From the human T2T-CHM13v2.0 reference genome, Homo sapiens, in assembly GCF_009914755.1 (NCBI RefSeq), contig NC_060932.1: a DNA stretch of 64,000 nucleotides; one strand, given 5' to 3'. Both the position numbers and the translations under genes were made by a program. The notes beneath the pieces are model-generated. The model was given only the letters and a program-made list of their open reading frames with translations. It was not told the DNA's origin and ran no database searches. This document shows positions 12,601 through 26,500 of the stretch, piece after piece. Position 1 is the first letter of the stretch. Each line of letters opens with the position of its first letter.

Positions 12601-15500
12601 AAAGGTTTGTTAATTTTGTCTATCTTTAAGAAATACCCAACCCTTTTTTTCTTGATCTTTCATATTTTAAAAAATCTATTTTAAAAAAATATTTCTGTTC
12701 TGATCTTTGTTATTTCCTTTTACTAATTAGTGGGTTAGCTGTTTTTCTAGTTTGTTGAGGTATAACATTAGGTTGTTTACTAGAGATCTTTTTACTTCTT
12801 GAATGTAGGGATTTATTGCTATAAACTTCTCTCTTAGAACTGCTTTTGCTGTATCCTACAGGTTTTGGTATGTTGTGCTTCCATTTTCATTTGTGTTAAG
12901 GAATTTTTAATTACCTTTTAAATTTCTTCATTGATGCATTATTATTCAGGAGAATGTTGTTTAATTTCCATGTATTTCTACAGTTTCCAATATTCCTTCT
13001 GACACTGACTTCTATTTTTATTTCATTTAGGTCAGAAAAGGTACTTGATATGATTTCATTTTTAAAATTTTATGAAGACTTGTTTTCTGAACTAATATAT
13101 GGTCTTTCCTGGAGAATGTTCCATTTTCTGTTGAGAAGATCTGTCCATTGCTAAAAGTGAGGTGTTAAAGTCCCCTACTATTACTGTATTGCAACTGATC
13201 TCTCCCTTTAGATTTATTAATATTTGATTTATATATTTGGGTGCTCCAGTATTGGGTGTATATATATTTGAAAAGGTTATAGCCTCTTGGTATATTGACC
13301 CGTTTATCATTGTATAATGTCCTTATTTGTCTTTTTTAAACCATTCTTGACATAATGCCTATTTTATTTAAAATAAGTATAGCTACTCCTGCTTGGTTTT
13401 GGTTTCCATTTGCATAGAATCTTTTTCTATCTCTTCGCTTTCAGTCTATGTGTCCCTTTAGAGATGAAGTGGGTTTTTTGTAGGCAGGATATAGTTGGAC
13501 CTTATTTTATTTTAATTCATTCAGCCATATTCAAAGTGTCACTGATAGTGACACACTGTCTGTGTGTCTTTTCATTGAATAATTTAATCCATTTGCATTT
13601 AATGTTATTATTGATAGGTAAGGATTTACTACTGTCATTTTGTTTCTTGTTTCTGGTTGTTTTGTAGTTTCTTTTTTCCCTTTTTCCTCTCTTACTGTCT
13701 TCATTTGTGGTTAAGTGACTTTCTCTAGTAAAGAGAAAGTCTGTTCTGCTTCTGTGCTATTTATTTTTAGTGTATCCATTATAGATTTTTTTGTGGTTAT
13801 TATGAGGCTTACAAAAATTTTTATAGTTATAACAGGCTATTTTAAACTGATACCAACTTAATCTTGATCACAAAACAAAAAAAAAACTAACAAAAACAAA
13901 CTTTGTACTTTTATACCAATTCCTCCCATTTTGACTTTTTGATGTTTCAACTTACGTATTTTATGTTGCCCATTTCTTAACCCATTGTTGTAGTCATTAT
14001 TGTCTTTAATAGTTTTGTTTTTTAGTTTTCATACTAAAGATATAAGTGGTTTATACACCACAATTACAGTATTAGAGTATTCTAAAATTTTTTGTATGCT
14101 CACTTTTACCAGTGAGTTTTATACTTTTTGAAGTTTTTTTGTTACATGTCAGCATACTTTTCTTTTAGCTTAAAGAACTTTCTTTAGCATTTTATGTAAG
14201 GCAGGTTTGGTACTGATGAATTTCCTCATCTTGTTTGTGTGGTAGTCTTGATCTCTCCTTCACATTTGAAGGTTAACTTCGCTTAGTACATATATTGGTG
14301 TGGTATTCTTAGACATAGTGTTCTTGGATAACAGTTTTTGTTGTTGTTGTTGTTTTCCCTTAGCACTTTGAATATACCATTCTACTGTCTCCTGCCTTGT
14401 AGGGTTTCTGCTAATAAATTTTTTGAAAGCCATATTGAGACTCTGTTCAATGTGATATATTTCTTTTGCTACTTTGAGTATTCTTTATTTGTATTTGGTT
14501 TTTGCTAATTTGACCATAATTCGCCTTGGGAATTTTCTCTTTGGATTGAATTTTATTGGTTACTTCCAAGGTTCCCGTTCCTGGATGCTGCCATCTTTCT
14601 CCTGAATTGAGAAATTTTCAGCCATTAATTTCTTAAATATGCCTTCCAGTCCTTTTTCTCTCTTTTTTAAGTGTTCCTAGTAAGTGGAGATTAGTTCACT
14701 TAATGGTGTCCCATTTTCCTTTTTCTCTTTTGATTGGGTGATTTCATATGTTCTATGTTTGAGCTCGCTTAGTCTTTCCTCTGTTTCATCAAATCTACTG
14801 TGGAAGCTTTGTACTGAGATTTTCAGCTTAGTTATTGTATTTTTATTTCAAGGATTTCTCTTTTTTTAAATTGTTTGTATTTATTTGCCAAATTTCTCAT
14901 TTTCTTCCTGGATTGTTTTATAAATTTAATTTTTTATACTTTTTTGTGATTTTTCTAAAATCTTAAAAAAGTATTATTCTGAATTCTTTGTCAGCCATTT
15001 CATAGATTGTCAATTCTTCTTGGTCCATTATTGGAGCTCTGTTGGTTTCTTTTTGTGGTCTTATATTTCTGTGAGTTTTCACAATCCTTGTATCTTTACA
15101 CTGATTCCTGCACATTTGAGAAGATAACCACTTCTTCCAGCTTTTGGAGGTACTCTTTGGTGGTACTAGACCTTTACTACTTAATATTGGAACTTAATCG
15201 CAGGCCTGCTATTCCTTTCCATTCTGGGGAGAACTTGTAGTGAGCACCAGAACTTAAATGCTGCACCCAAACTAAATCACTGCTTGCCGTTGTTTCCTGG
15301 TCTGGGGAAAATTTACTGTGATCATTGGAACTTAAACACTGCACTAGAACCAAAACACAGAGCTGCAGTGCTTTCCAGGCCTGGGAAAGACTTAAAGGAG
15401 CACCAGCACTTAATTGCCAGGGTTTTAGTTGTTTCCAGGACAGGGGACAGCTCCACTTGAGCACCAGAGATTTGTGATAAATCCAGCCAGGGTTTCAGGC
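9682..15500 (-). mobile_element. Long decayed L1MA-type LINE-1 (3'UTR, ORF2 with internal deletions, spacer, ORF1 and 5' region), antisense to SLC26A7
   Basis: ORF 11413-11877 translates to RT ([10 protein letters not shown]...LFAHDMIIY). ORF 13092-13310 translates to endonuclease (NIYTPNTGAP...IVGDFNT). L1MA-style 3' end at 9682-10200. Many stops and frameshifts. Confidence 0.92.
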
Positions 15501-16368
15501 CTCAGGTGGTTATTTTTTAAAGCTCTCAATGAACACATACTCTTGCCACCCACCAATCTCTGGCAGCCATTGACCAAGTGAAATAGGTAAGCTGAGTACT
15601 TCAGGTGTCTCTCTAAGGGATATCTCTTACAGAGGAAGTTACTAGGAACATTCTGAGAAATTCAAATTTCTATGAATTGAGTTCTTTTCCTTGGTCAAAT
15701 AAATTGTTCTTTTCGCTAGTTTTTAGGACTTTTACCCTCAAGATCCCCCTGAATTTACCAGCATCATCTTAACTTGGTAGTAGGTTAAAATAGGACTGTA
15801 TTACTGGTTATCCAAGAGGTTTCTAAAGTACCAAGGATCTTGGTAAGGTTTCTGCTAACCAGCACCACTGTCTGCAAGTACCATCAAGAAGAAAATCTGA
15901 TAATGGCTCTTCTCTGTCAAGATCTGAACCACTCAATTCTGCTGTAGTCATAATGACTGTTTCCCCAGTCCACTATAACTAAGGTATTATAATTTATCTT
16001 GCTTTATACTAGTAGCTTTACCTGTTCTTGCATGTGTACTTCTCATCTTTAAGACAATGCCCAAATATTATTTTTCTCACTGGAGCCTACCCCAACCATT
16101 CCATTTCACATTTCCTCCCTTCCATGCTCTCCAAACTTTCCTAATGTCTTTTATTCTGCTCTGATTTGTCGTTTTTATAGCACTAAATAATTTATATATT
16201 TTATGTCAATTGTTTATTGTTGTATGCTGCATATTCTCTTGTATACACCATGAAAGCAGGGATTGTAGCCTATTTTTTAAAAAAGATTTATCCTAAGTGG
16301 CTAGAGCAGTGCTGGAAAATAGTAGATAATTCTACTAATGCTTGTTAAATGAATAAATATTATTTTAG

Positions 16369-16826
<458 letters not shown>

Positions 16827-17399
16827 GAGAAATCTTATAGAAAGTTAGTCCTTCACAAAAACACTGAAACATGCCAGGGGATAATTACTGTTTACCTTTA
16901 CCTAGTTATGGGTGTTCATGGGGAAAGAGTGTCAGGATCTACAAGAAGCTTTTGTGCTTAGTACTTCCTAAAAAACTAGCCTTTAACACTGTTGGGTTGT
17001 TACTGGCCTCTGTAATGAACTTCTTAGTTTGATTCTATGTCTCATTCACAGTCCTATTGATGATGACTGCTTGGCCTTGCTTACCCTTTCATCTACCTGA
17101 TAGTCAGGACCTTCCTTTTGTCTTTGATCCTTTGCTTCTCTCCTCATATTATCTGTTACTCTAGGTGAATATATAATTTTCAGAATCCTTTCTGTGTTCA
17201 CCTGGGCTTCATGGAAGAGACCCTGGTACTTTGCTTGATATACAATAGTTTACTGATAAATTGAAGTAATTCTTAGTATAATATTCCTTAATAATAGATG
17301 TTTGCAATCTAAATGGACCCCTGGACACAAAAGCAACCAATTAAAATCATTTTGGTAGATACTGCAAATGCAGAACATATAGCATGAACTAACATCATT

Positions 17400-18470
17400 A
17401 AAAGCACGATCAACTCTTCCTGGAATGGGGATGAAGTTGTTAGTCAGCAAAAGTTTCAAGAGAAAATTACGTTTTTACCTGATCTTGAAGGCTACATAAA
17501 AGTTTACTAGATACCACTGACGAAGGGCACTATAGACAAAGGAAAAACGTATGCAGTGACAAGAAGAATGAAAGTTTGTTTAAATACTTTCTAATAATAT
17601 AATTTGGTGAGAATTGAAACTGGAGAATTTAACATAGTCTAGGTCATAAAAGGCTTGTATGACACAGAAAAAGAGTTTGGGTTGATTTTAGAAGGCGATG
17701 GAGAGCCATTGGTGGATCTTAAGGAGGGCTATGGAGGGACATGTGTTTTACAATAATTTCTGTGGCAGCAGCTTACATTACATGCTTGGAAGAGGCAAGA
17801 GGCTAGTTAGGAGAGACTAGTTAGGAGAAATTATCTCTGGAAAATAAAGCATGTTATCTGAACAGACAAAGGCAGAAATAGTGGCAGTAGGAATAGAAAA
17901 GAGGGACAAATTCCATCCATATTAAGTGGAATAGATAAGTTTAGATCAGTGTTTTATGTAATATAAGGGTGAAAAAAAGAGTCTATTTTGATGACTTCCA
18001 GGTTTCTTAATTGGGTGACTGGATGGGTGGTGATGCCATTTTCTGAGATAGAGCATAAATAAACAAAACAACCAGTGTTTGTTTTTGTTTTGTTTTTAAT
18101 GCATATTGTTTTGTTGTTATGGAGGGGTTGGTGGTGAGAGGGACCAAAATAAACAATTTCCATTTTGTATTTGTTATATAAGTGCCTACAGGACCTCTTG
18201 TTATCCATTTGGGTCTAGACCTTAGGAAGGATATCATAAAGATGTATATATTGTGGTCATGGTATGGGATTGGATCAGATAATTAATGGATAGTTTGTAG
18301 AATAGAAAGAGAAATTAGGATGGAAGTAACCTTGGGAATGCTGACATTTAAGAGTGGTAAGAGCTAGAAGAGCGAGGTGAGAAGATATGGTCTGTGAATA
18401 TCAGGGTGCTCTGGGAGGCAAGTGCTAAAATAGTTTAAACAAAGGTATTGACAGGGCCAAATGTAGCAAA
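17400..18470 (-). mobile_element. L2 fragment
   Basis: ggagccattgg..., gatgacttccaggtttc...ggatgggtggtgatgccatt are typical antisense L2 text. Confidence 0.7.
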
Positions 18471-18944
18471 CTTAAAATGTATATATGAGACATACAGTTC
18501 TCAGGACAGAAAAAATTAATGATTAGAAACTCAAAGAGTGAAATTCAATAAGAATATAACACTGGAAAATATGCTTAGTGACAAAATCAGATACAACCAA
18601 ATAACTTCGTGACTTTTCAGGAAGGTAGGCAACTTGGAAAGGCCATCATTTGTGAAAGTTTGTTCATCCTTCAACCCCCACTTCAAGTCTTATCTTCCGA
18701 TAACACTTTTTTGTGATTATGTTTCTCATAATTTTTCTACTTTCTCTGAATTTTGGTTACATTAATTATCCTATAAATTGCACATATAATTGTTGAATGT
18801 TGGATGAAACTTTGTGTTAGTTGAGGACCTTGTAATTCATATCTTATGTCCCTTTGTATCTCTCATGGAATTTAATATGGATTTGGAGACACCATAAGAG
18901 CTTTATAAATAATTAAGAACTGTCAGGAAGATCTCGGTTTTTAA

Positions 18945-19125
18945 CTTTGGATGTATCACTTGAACAAGTTCTTCAGCTGCTCTAAGATTTAGTGTTCCAG
19001 TATGTAAAATAGGGACAATAATACCTAGTACACAGAGTTACTTTGAAAAACAAATGAGAGAATATAAGGTGCTCAGGGCAGAATCTAGTACAAAGGAAAT
19101 GTTCAATAAATGCTATTATTGTAAC
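18945..19125 (+). mobile_element. MIR SINE
   Basis: cttgaacaagtt...tgtaaaatagggacaataatacct...caataaatgctattatt. Confidence 0.75.
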
Positions 19126-19219
19126 CTTATTATTATCATCTATTCCCCACTAGAACATAAACTAGGATATGACATTTATAAACATCAACTCCACAAAGAC
19201 AAAGATTTTTATTTGGATT

Positions 19220-19633
19220 TGTCTTAGTCTATTTTGTGCTGCTATAATAAAATGCTGAGGCTGGATAAATTGTAATGGACAGAAATTTATTGGCTCATAG
19301 ATCTGGAGGCTGGGAAGTCCAAGTCTGAACAGCTGTCATCTGGCAAGGGCCTTCTTTCTGTCTTATAACATAGTGGTAGACAGAGAGAGAGAGAGAAACA
19401 GAGAGCAAGAGAATGAGAAAGAGAGAGAGGAAGAAAGAGAGATAGAGAGCACCAAGGAATGCAAGAGTGTGTGCAAGAGAGGGTGACCTCACTCCCTCAA
19501 TAATGGCATTAGTCCATTCACAAGAGTGGAGCCCTCATAACTTAATTCTTAAAGGTCTCACCTCTTAATACTCTTATACTGACAACTAAATTTCAACATG
19601 AATTTGGAAGAAGCAAACATTCAAACCATAGCA
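19220..19633 (-). mobile_element. MST/MLT1A-type MaLR solo LTR, inserted in an L2 3' end
   Basis: Termini tgtcttagtct...aaaccatagca and an internal GA-rich tract. Confidence 0.85.
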
Positions 19634-20231
19634 GAGTTGTTAATTGATATATCTCCAGTGCCTGGCACATAGATAGGTGAATTAAGCATACAAAGTGCTT
19701 AATTCTAGACACTTCTAGAATTTTTTATACTTCTAGATTTTAGCTTTGCTACCTGAAGGTAAGAAGATAAGGAGGTGGAGAACATTAGCTTTGCAAGAAA
19801 TCTTTCAAAAACAATTCGGTTAGACAAATTCTAGACATCTTTTTTAAGGGCAGTCTCTTACCTCAAATTTGCCAAGGATGGGTACTTTGAAATTCACTTC
19901 CATATATCACTGATATCAGTCATTGGATAGATACCATTCAACATCTGCAGGTACTCTATGCATAAATGCGCATATATTCCGTCTCTCTTCCACTTCTCTT
20001 ATCTCCCTCACCCTCATCTATCTGGTTAAAAAACAGAAACAGAAAAAGAAAACAAACAAATCCAAAACGGCATAGGAAAAGATACCATATAGCTTAATTA
20101 ACATTTTAGACTCACTCTCTATATGTAGAATGTATATAGAATATATAATTGTAATATATAACAACATAGAATATAGAATTTTGGGTCTCTGGGCATGTAG
20201 CCAGCACTTTCACAATAACTGGGTAAAAGAT

Positions 20232-20531
20232 TATTTATTTTATTTTTTTGAGACAGTGTCTTGCTTTGTTGCCCAGGCTGGAGTGCAGAGGCATGTTCAC
20301 AGTTCACTGCAGCCTTGACCTCCCAGTCTCAAATGATCCTCCCACTTCCGTCTCCTGAGTAGCTGGGACTACAGGCATGCATCTTTCACTGATTTTTTTC
20401 TTTAAAATTTTTTGTGGAGACAGGGTCTCATTGTATTTCTCAGGCTGGTCTTGAAAACCTGGGCTCAAGTGATCCACCCTCCTTGGTCTCTCAAGAGCTG
20501 GGACTATGGTTGTGAGCCACCATGCCTGGCC
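20232..20531 (-). mobile_element. AluJ
   Basis: Diverged dimer with J-type cagccttgacctcc and gggctcaagtgatcc. Confidence 0.9.
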
Positions 20532-21949
20532 TAAAAGAATATTTTAATGACGTTTTGCATCCTTACATGATACATGTGGATCCATGATCCTTCTCTTTTA
20601 GCTTATTGTGCATAAACTTTGGGGGAATTGCTGGGGAATGGCACTGTGCAAAGAGAAACATCATTACTGCTTTGGTATGATATCGGGTGTCCAAGCCACT
20701 TCCTCCTCTAAGGGTAAATTGTGTGAGAAGGGAGTGCTGGCCTGGACCATGACTGTATGCACTGGTCTGACCAGACAATCGCTTCTCAGTCTTGCTTAGA
20801 GTCAGGGATTAGCATTGTGTGCCTTTTCCCTTGCTTGGTATTTCCACATTTTCATGTGGGCCTTAATGTTTGCTATTGCACACTTATCCTCTTGAAGCCA
20901 GTGAGCTAACTAATCCTCTCTGAAAATAACTGGATTATCTTTAAGTAGTAAATTAACCCTTTCAGAGCATGATGGCTGTATATAATAAATTTTTGAATTA
21001 ATTAAACAATCACAATCTGAAAAGTGATATCATCCCACATGCATGGTGTGATGTTTACTTACATAATTCTGTCACTTTATGGCCAAGGGATTACTTCTTT
21101 TTTTTTCTAAAATTTTGAATATAGCTAAGTAACATATCTTCTACTAAAATATCAAAAGATAGAAATCATAAAAAGAAAGACATGCCATTTTTTATTAGTG
21201 ATCTTGAAAAAATAATTCATAGAATTTCAAAATCAAGTTTAAGAAAACAAATTCACTACTAACTTGCATTTGTATATTATTTTATTATTACTATTATCTT
21301 GCATTCATTTGACATTTTTTTACTTTTCAAAGAAGTCATTGATTTTTAGTGTGGCGCTATGAGCCTCATTTTTGTTTATAAATCCTGGATTCCATTAAAT
21401 ATAACTACAATGAAAATTCTAGCAGATATAGGAGTAGGAGATGGTGTTCATCAAAATTCTTCTCCAAATCAAGCCCCCTTGTAGCCAAGATTATTTCTTC
21501 TTTCTGTGCTGAACTGGACCTGAACTGACCATTCTCATTTCCTTCCTGTAATAATTGGGTTTTATGGGGGTTAGAAGCTATGTTGGGACTCTCATCAGGA
21601 TTCACACTGGACTGTCCCTCTTTCTACTTGGGTTAAAATTTGCTGAAGCAGAAAAAATTCCTTGGCCAGCAATCTCAGACAAAGCCATAAACTGCTGATT
21701 TTTTAAAATGCACTTCATCTTATCACGTGCTTCCTTCCATATCACAGAAACTTTTCGTTTTATTCCATTTAACATTGAGACCCAGAAAACCAGAAACCAC
21801 TGTTGCTGTCACTTTCTCTTCCTAACCTGGGGGTCTCAGAGTCTGAAGTAAAAATGGTAAGAAGAAACAAAGAAATGGTATATTTCATGTATATTTGTGT
21901 TTCAACACACATACATGCCTCTGGTTCCTGTCATCCTTGGAATTCTTGA

Positions 21950-22300
21950 CATGGCCTCAAGTCCTTTCTCAATGAGCCCTCTTTTCCCTTGCTTTCCTTC
22001 GAATACTGAGATGTGTGTCCTTCTCCCTGGCTTGAACTTCCAGTGATTTCTTCATTGCCAGCCTTTACTAATGCACCCTCAGGAACCCCTCTTTCTTTGG
22101 GAATAAACTGCACACTTTCAAAATGTTCACAAAATATTCTCTCTACCTGTTTGCCTTTCTTAAAACCTGGCTCTCTTATACAAAGGCATTATCTCCTGAA
22201 CATCTCTCTCGAGTGGAGGCTAATCATTCTCCCACTGCCTTTGGTAATTCGTGCATAAAACTGCTATTTGTATGCTCATTATCTGCCCTGTTCAATACTG
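21950..22300 (+). mobile_element. Possible L2 endonuclease-region remnant
   Basis: Translation LYLFAFLKTWLS resembles the APE motif L..LTETWL. Very decayed. Confidence 0.35.
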
Positions 22301-22369
22301 CATCCCCATTTGCATATGCTCCTTTCAAAGTCAATATTTTTTCATGCTCATATATTTTTGTAAAATTTT

Positions 22370-23558
22370 AAAAGTAAGATATTTTAACATAAATTGAGAA
22401 CAATGTCTCTTCCCAACTCAACCTCATTTGGGTCACACATCTTATGTCCAGTGGCATCAAAGTGGCTGCAATATGTTTACAATCTGGCTAAGAGAAAGTT
22501 GCCACAAAATACTGACATTGATGGACATAAAATAGAACTCATAATATGGCCCTATAACCAGAACATTATCAATAAACTTGTTAATGTCTGCAATTCAAAT
22601 ATTTATGTTTCTGTATAAGAAAACTTAAAATTCCCTAAAACTTTACAGCTATCAAGAATTTTAATGGAGGCTTTTTCAATTTTATAGTTTAAACTTCACA
22701 TATTATTAACTTGGTACAAAGCTAAAATAAAATATTTTAATGTATCAATATTAAAAAACAAACTTAAATAAACAATGCTATCTTAGGCTTATTCCCCCCC
22801 AAATTAGTGACTGAGTCAGGATTTATGTGCTACTACCATATATCATTAGGGAGTGTAAACCAAGAGGGCAGGAGCTAGAGACTAGGAGGGAGAGATGAGA
22901 GGATGCTTGTTACAGAGCTGACTACCTTCAAGAGTGGCTGACTGCCATATCGTTGGGACCATGCCCCCTGCAAAGCTATCAATGTCACTTCTAGACCATC
23001 TTTCAGTGGCAGGGGGAGGAGGGAAGTGGAAATATTTATTCTCTAGCTCACTCTCTTATTGGTCAAAGTTTTATTCCTTGGGTGCTCCTCTGAGTTGGCA
23101 TGTATGAGTGGGCATTAACAGAATCCCAGAGCAGGTGTCAACAGGGAAGCCCCACGGCTCCAGAAAAAAAAAAGGACCTGTCAGATTGCATCACAGGAAG
23201 TCAGACAGAGCTCTTGCAGAGCTGCAAGAGACGGGTGAGGCCAAGAACATCTGAATTGATGCATAAGAGATGTCTGACATACAAGAGAAAATCCAAAATT
23301 ATCCTTCTATGCTCTCTATAGAAAATGTTACACAAATCATTGTCATATGTAGAAGTGTTCAAAGACTATACAGCCTAAAATCATAATATATAGAAGTATA
23401 TACTATATATGTATACAGAGGTATCATAGAGTAAAAGTATTATAGAAGTATATCACGAAATTAATGCAAAGATGTTATTTTTTTCTGGATCATGGAATTT
23501 GTCAGCTTCTTACAATTTATAATTTGGTGTGATTTCTCATTCTAAATAAATATTTGCC
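22370..23558. mobile_element. hAT-Tip100 (Zaphod-like) DNA transposon fragment, interrupted by an old LTR at about 22780-23282
   Basis: ctctctatagaaaatg...tcattgtcatatg...ctcattctaaataaatatt matches my recall of the Zaphod 3' part. A purine-rich LTR-like block interrupts the AT-rich text. Confidence 0.55.
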
Positions 23559-24043
23559 TTTTTTTAATTAACAAAAACTGTATATGCTTATGAAGTACAA
23601 CATGATGTTTTGATATATGTATGCAGTATGAAATGGCTAAATCAAGCTAATTAACATACGCATTACCTCACACTTTTTTTGTTGTAAGAACACTTAAAAT
23701 CTATTCTCTTAGCAATTTTCAAGTATACAATATATTGTTATTAACTATAGTCATCATAGTATACAATAGGTCTTTTGAACTTATTTCTCCTAACTGGAAT
23801 TTTTTGCCTTTTGACCAACATATCTCCAATTCTCCTCCAAATCCCGACCCACCTTAGCTTCTGGTAACTATCATTTCACTCTTTCTATTAGTTAAGCTTC
23901 TTTAGATTCCCTGTGTAAGTAAGATTAGGTAGTAATTGTCTTTCTGTGCCTAGCTTATGTCATTTAATATGTCCTTCAAATTCATCTACAATGTCACAAA
24001 TGATAGGATCCCCTTATTTTAAGGCTGAACAGTATTTCATAGT

Positions 24044-24044
24044 A

Positions 24045-24103
<59 letters not shown>
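24044..24103. repeat. Compound (TG)n(TA)n microsatellite
   Basis: About 7 TG units followed by about 22 TA units. Confidence 0.95.
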
Positions 24104-24107
<4 letters not shown>

Positions 24108-24494
24108 CACATTTTAAGAAATCCAGTTATCCTTTGATGGACACTTAAGTTGATTCCCTATCTTGGCTATTGTGAATAGTGCTGCAATGAATGTGGGAGT
24201 GCAGGTATCTTTTCGATATACTGATTTCATTTTCTTTGGATATATGCCCAGTAGTGGAGTTGCTGATTCATATGGAAGTTCTATGTTTAATTTTTTGGGG
24301 AACCTCCATACTGTTTTCCATAATGACTATACTAATTTACATTACCACCAACAGCATACATGGCTTTCCTTTTCTTCATATCCTCATCAACACTTATCTT
24401 TTGTCTTTTTGGTAATAGTCATTCTAACGGAGGTGAGGCTATATCACATTGTGGTTTTAATTTGTATTTCCCTAATGATTAGTGTTGTTGTGTA

Positions 24495-24794
<300 letters not shown>

Positions 24795-25249
24795 GTGTAT
24801 TTTTTATTTTAATATACCTATTGGTCCTTTGTATGTCTTCTTCTGAGAAACTTCTATTCATGTCCTTTGCCCATTTAAAAAAATCAGGTTACTTATTTTC
24901 TTGCTCTTGAGTTGTTTGAGTTCCTTACATATTTTGGATATTAACCTCTCATTCGATGTATGGTTGGCAAATATTTTATCCCCATTCTGTAGGTTGTCTC
25001 TTCACTCTTTTCCTTTGCTGTGCAGAAGCTTTTTAGTTTGATGTAATCCCATTAGTCTATTTTTTCTTTTGTTGCCTATGTTTTTTGGCATCATATAAAA
25101 AATAAATCAGTGCCCAGACCAATGTCATGGAGCTTTTCCACAATATTTTCTTCCAGTTGTTTTATAGTTTCACCTTTTATGTGGAAGGTAACTAATTCTA
25201 TGTGCAATTTTATCTTTCCTGTGGGAAGCCTCCCAACATATGTAAGATT

Positions 25250-25720
25250 TAGGACTTACGAGACCTGGATCTGTCTCTTGGCTCAAGTTTCTCGTATCTC
25301 AAAACTTGTAAGAAAACAAACTCAACTTTTCTTGATCTCACGTTCCCATTTAGCACCAAGCCTTTCTCTCCTCTTCGGAACGGCACTTTCCAAAGATGAA
25401 TTCCTATTGTCTGCCTCTTCTGCTTCCACCAAGATCCATTTGCTCCTCCTTGTTCCCCTCGTGCTCTATTCCCCAGGAAGCCCTCTTGCCAAGGCCACCA
25501 GTGCTCTCTCTCTTGTCAAAGTCAAAAGGACATTTCTATTATTTGCCAGGAGTGCCATTTCAGTGGAATTACCACAGATTCTTGGCCATGGCTTCCTTTG
25601 TGCTCTTTTCCCCTACTTTTTTTTTCTCTGCATCTGGCAATTCCTATTGGTTTATTTTTCCGTCTTTTCATCTGATCAGTCTTTTCACATGACTAATTCA
25701 GTACTTTGGATCCAGTCAGC
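25250..25720 (+). mobile_element. L2 ORF2 fragment
   Basis: ctcttgccaaggccaccagtg, ttccaaagatgaattcc and cttgatctcacgttccc resemble L2 sequence. Confidence 0.55.
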
Positions 25721-26347
25721 CACCTTTGGCCCTGTGGTGTATTCCAAAAGAAAGTGTTCTGTGCTCAAGCCTCAGGCAGTGAAACTGATTAGTTTTTAAA
25801 ATATGTATGTGTAACACCTGTTTATATATGATGAGCTATATTTCTTTGGGAAATGCTGTCCCTTTCTTCACTGCCACAACCTGGATATCTGTGGTAGTTT
25901 CCTAACTGCTCTTTCTGTCAATTTTGTTTTTCTTCTGTATAACTTCTGTAGTTATCACCTAAAAGTAAACCTCATCACAATTTCTCCCATTAGAAAAAAA
26001 TTTCCTAATGGCTTCCTTAAAATTCAGGATAATGTTCAGATTGCTTTAAAAAGTCTTAATCAAAAATGTTTAAATTGCATAGGTTTTATGAATTCATTGT
26101 ACAAAGTGATAAAGATTCAAAGATATATAAAAAAACACCAGTAGCCCTCTTTTTGGATTTTTACATAAGAGTATCATACAAAACATAAGTCTGAGACTTG
26201 TTTTTCGTGTGTAACCACATATAATGGTCATGTCTCCCGGTTAAAGGGTGTAGTTCTTAGTCTCTTAAAGAGCTGTATAATATTCCATAGTACAATTGTG
26301 CAGAAGTGTGTCTAACGATCTTTATATTGATACAGGCATTGAAATTA

Positions 26348-26500
26348 CAATCAGCCCTCCATATCCAGAAGCATCAAAACCCTGGAATATGGAGGGCTGG
26401 ATATACTATGCCATTTTCTATAAATGACTTGAAAATCTGCAGATTTTGGTATCCCGGGGTGTCCTAGAACCAATTGCCAGCAAATACAAAAGTCTGCCTG
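26348..26500. mobile_element. MER2-like TcMar-Tigger MITE
   Basis: TA-flanked ca..cagccctccatatcc ... cctg|ta. Internal inverted copy atatggagggctg and gattttggtatcc...ctagaaccaat. Confidence 0.75.

Noticed and set aside
25110-25799. Longest ORF in the track (229 aa), and an RS-like antisense snippet (RDRSRSRKS) suggesting an SR-protein retrocopy
   Set aside because: The ORF begins with GTG in antisense L1 and runs through pyrimidine-rich L2-like sequence with no recognisable domain. The RS snippet has no adjoining RRM or poly(A).
26352-26400. Hairpin cagccctccatat…atatggagggctg as a possible miRNA or terminator
   Set aside because: It is an internal TIR-like repeat of a MER2/Tigger MITE.
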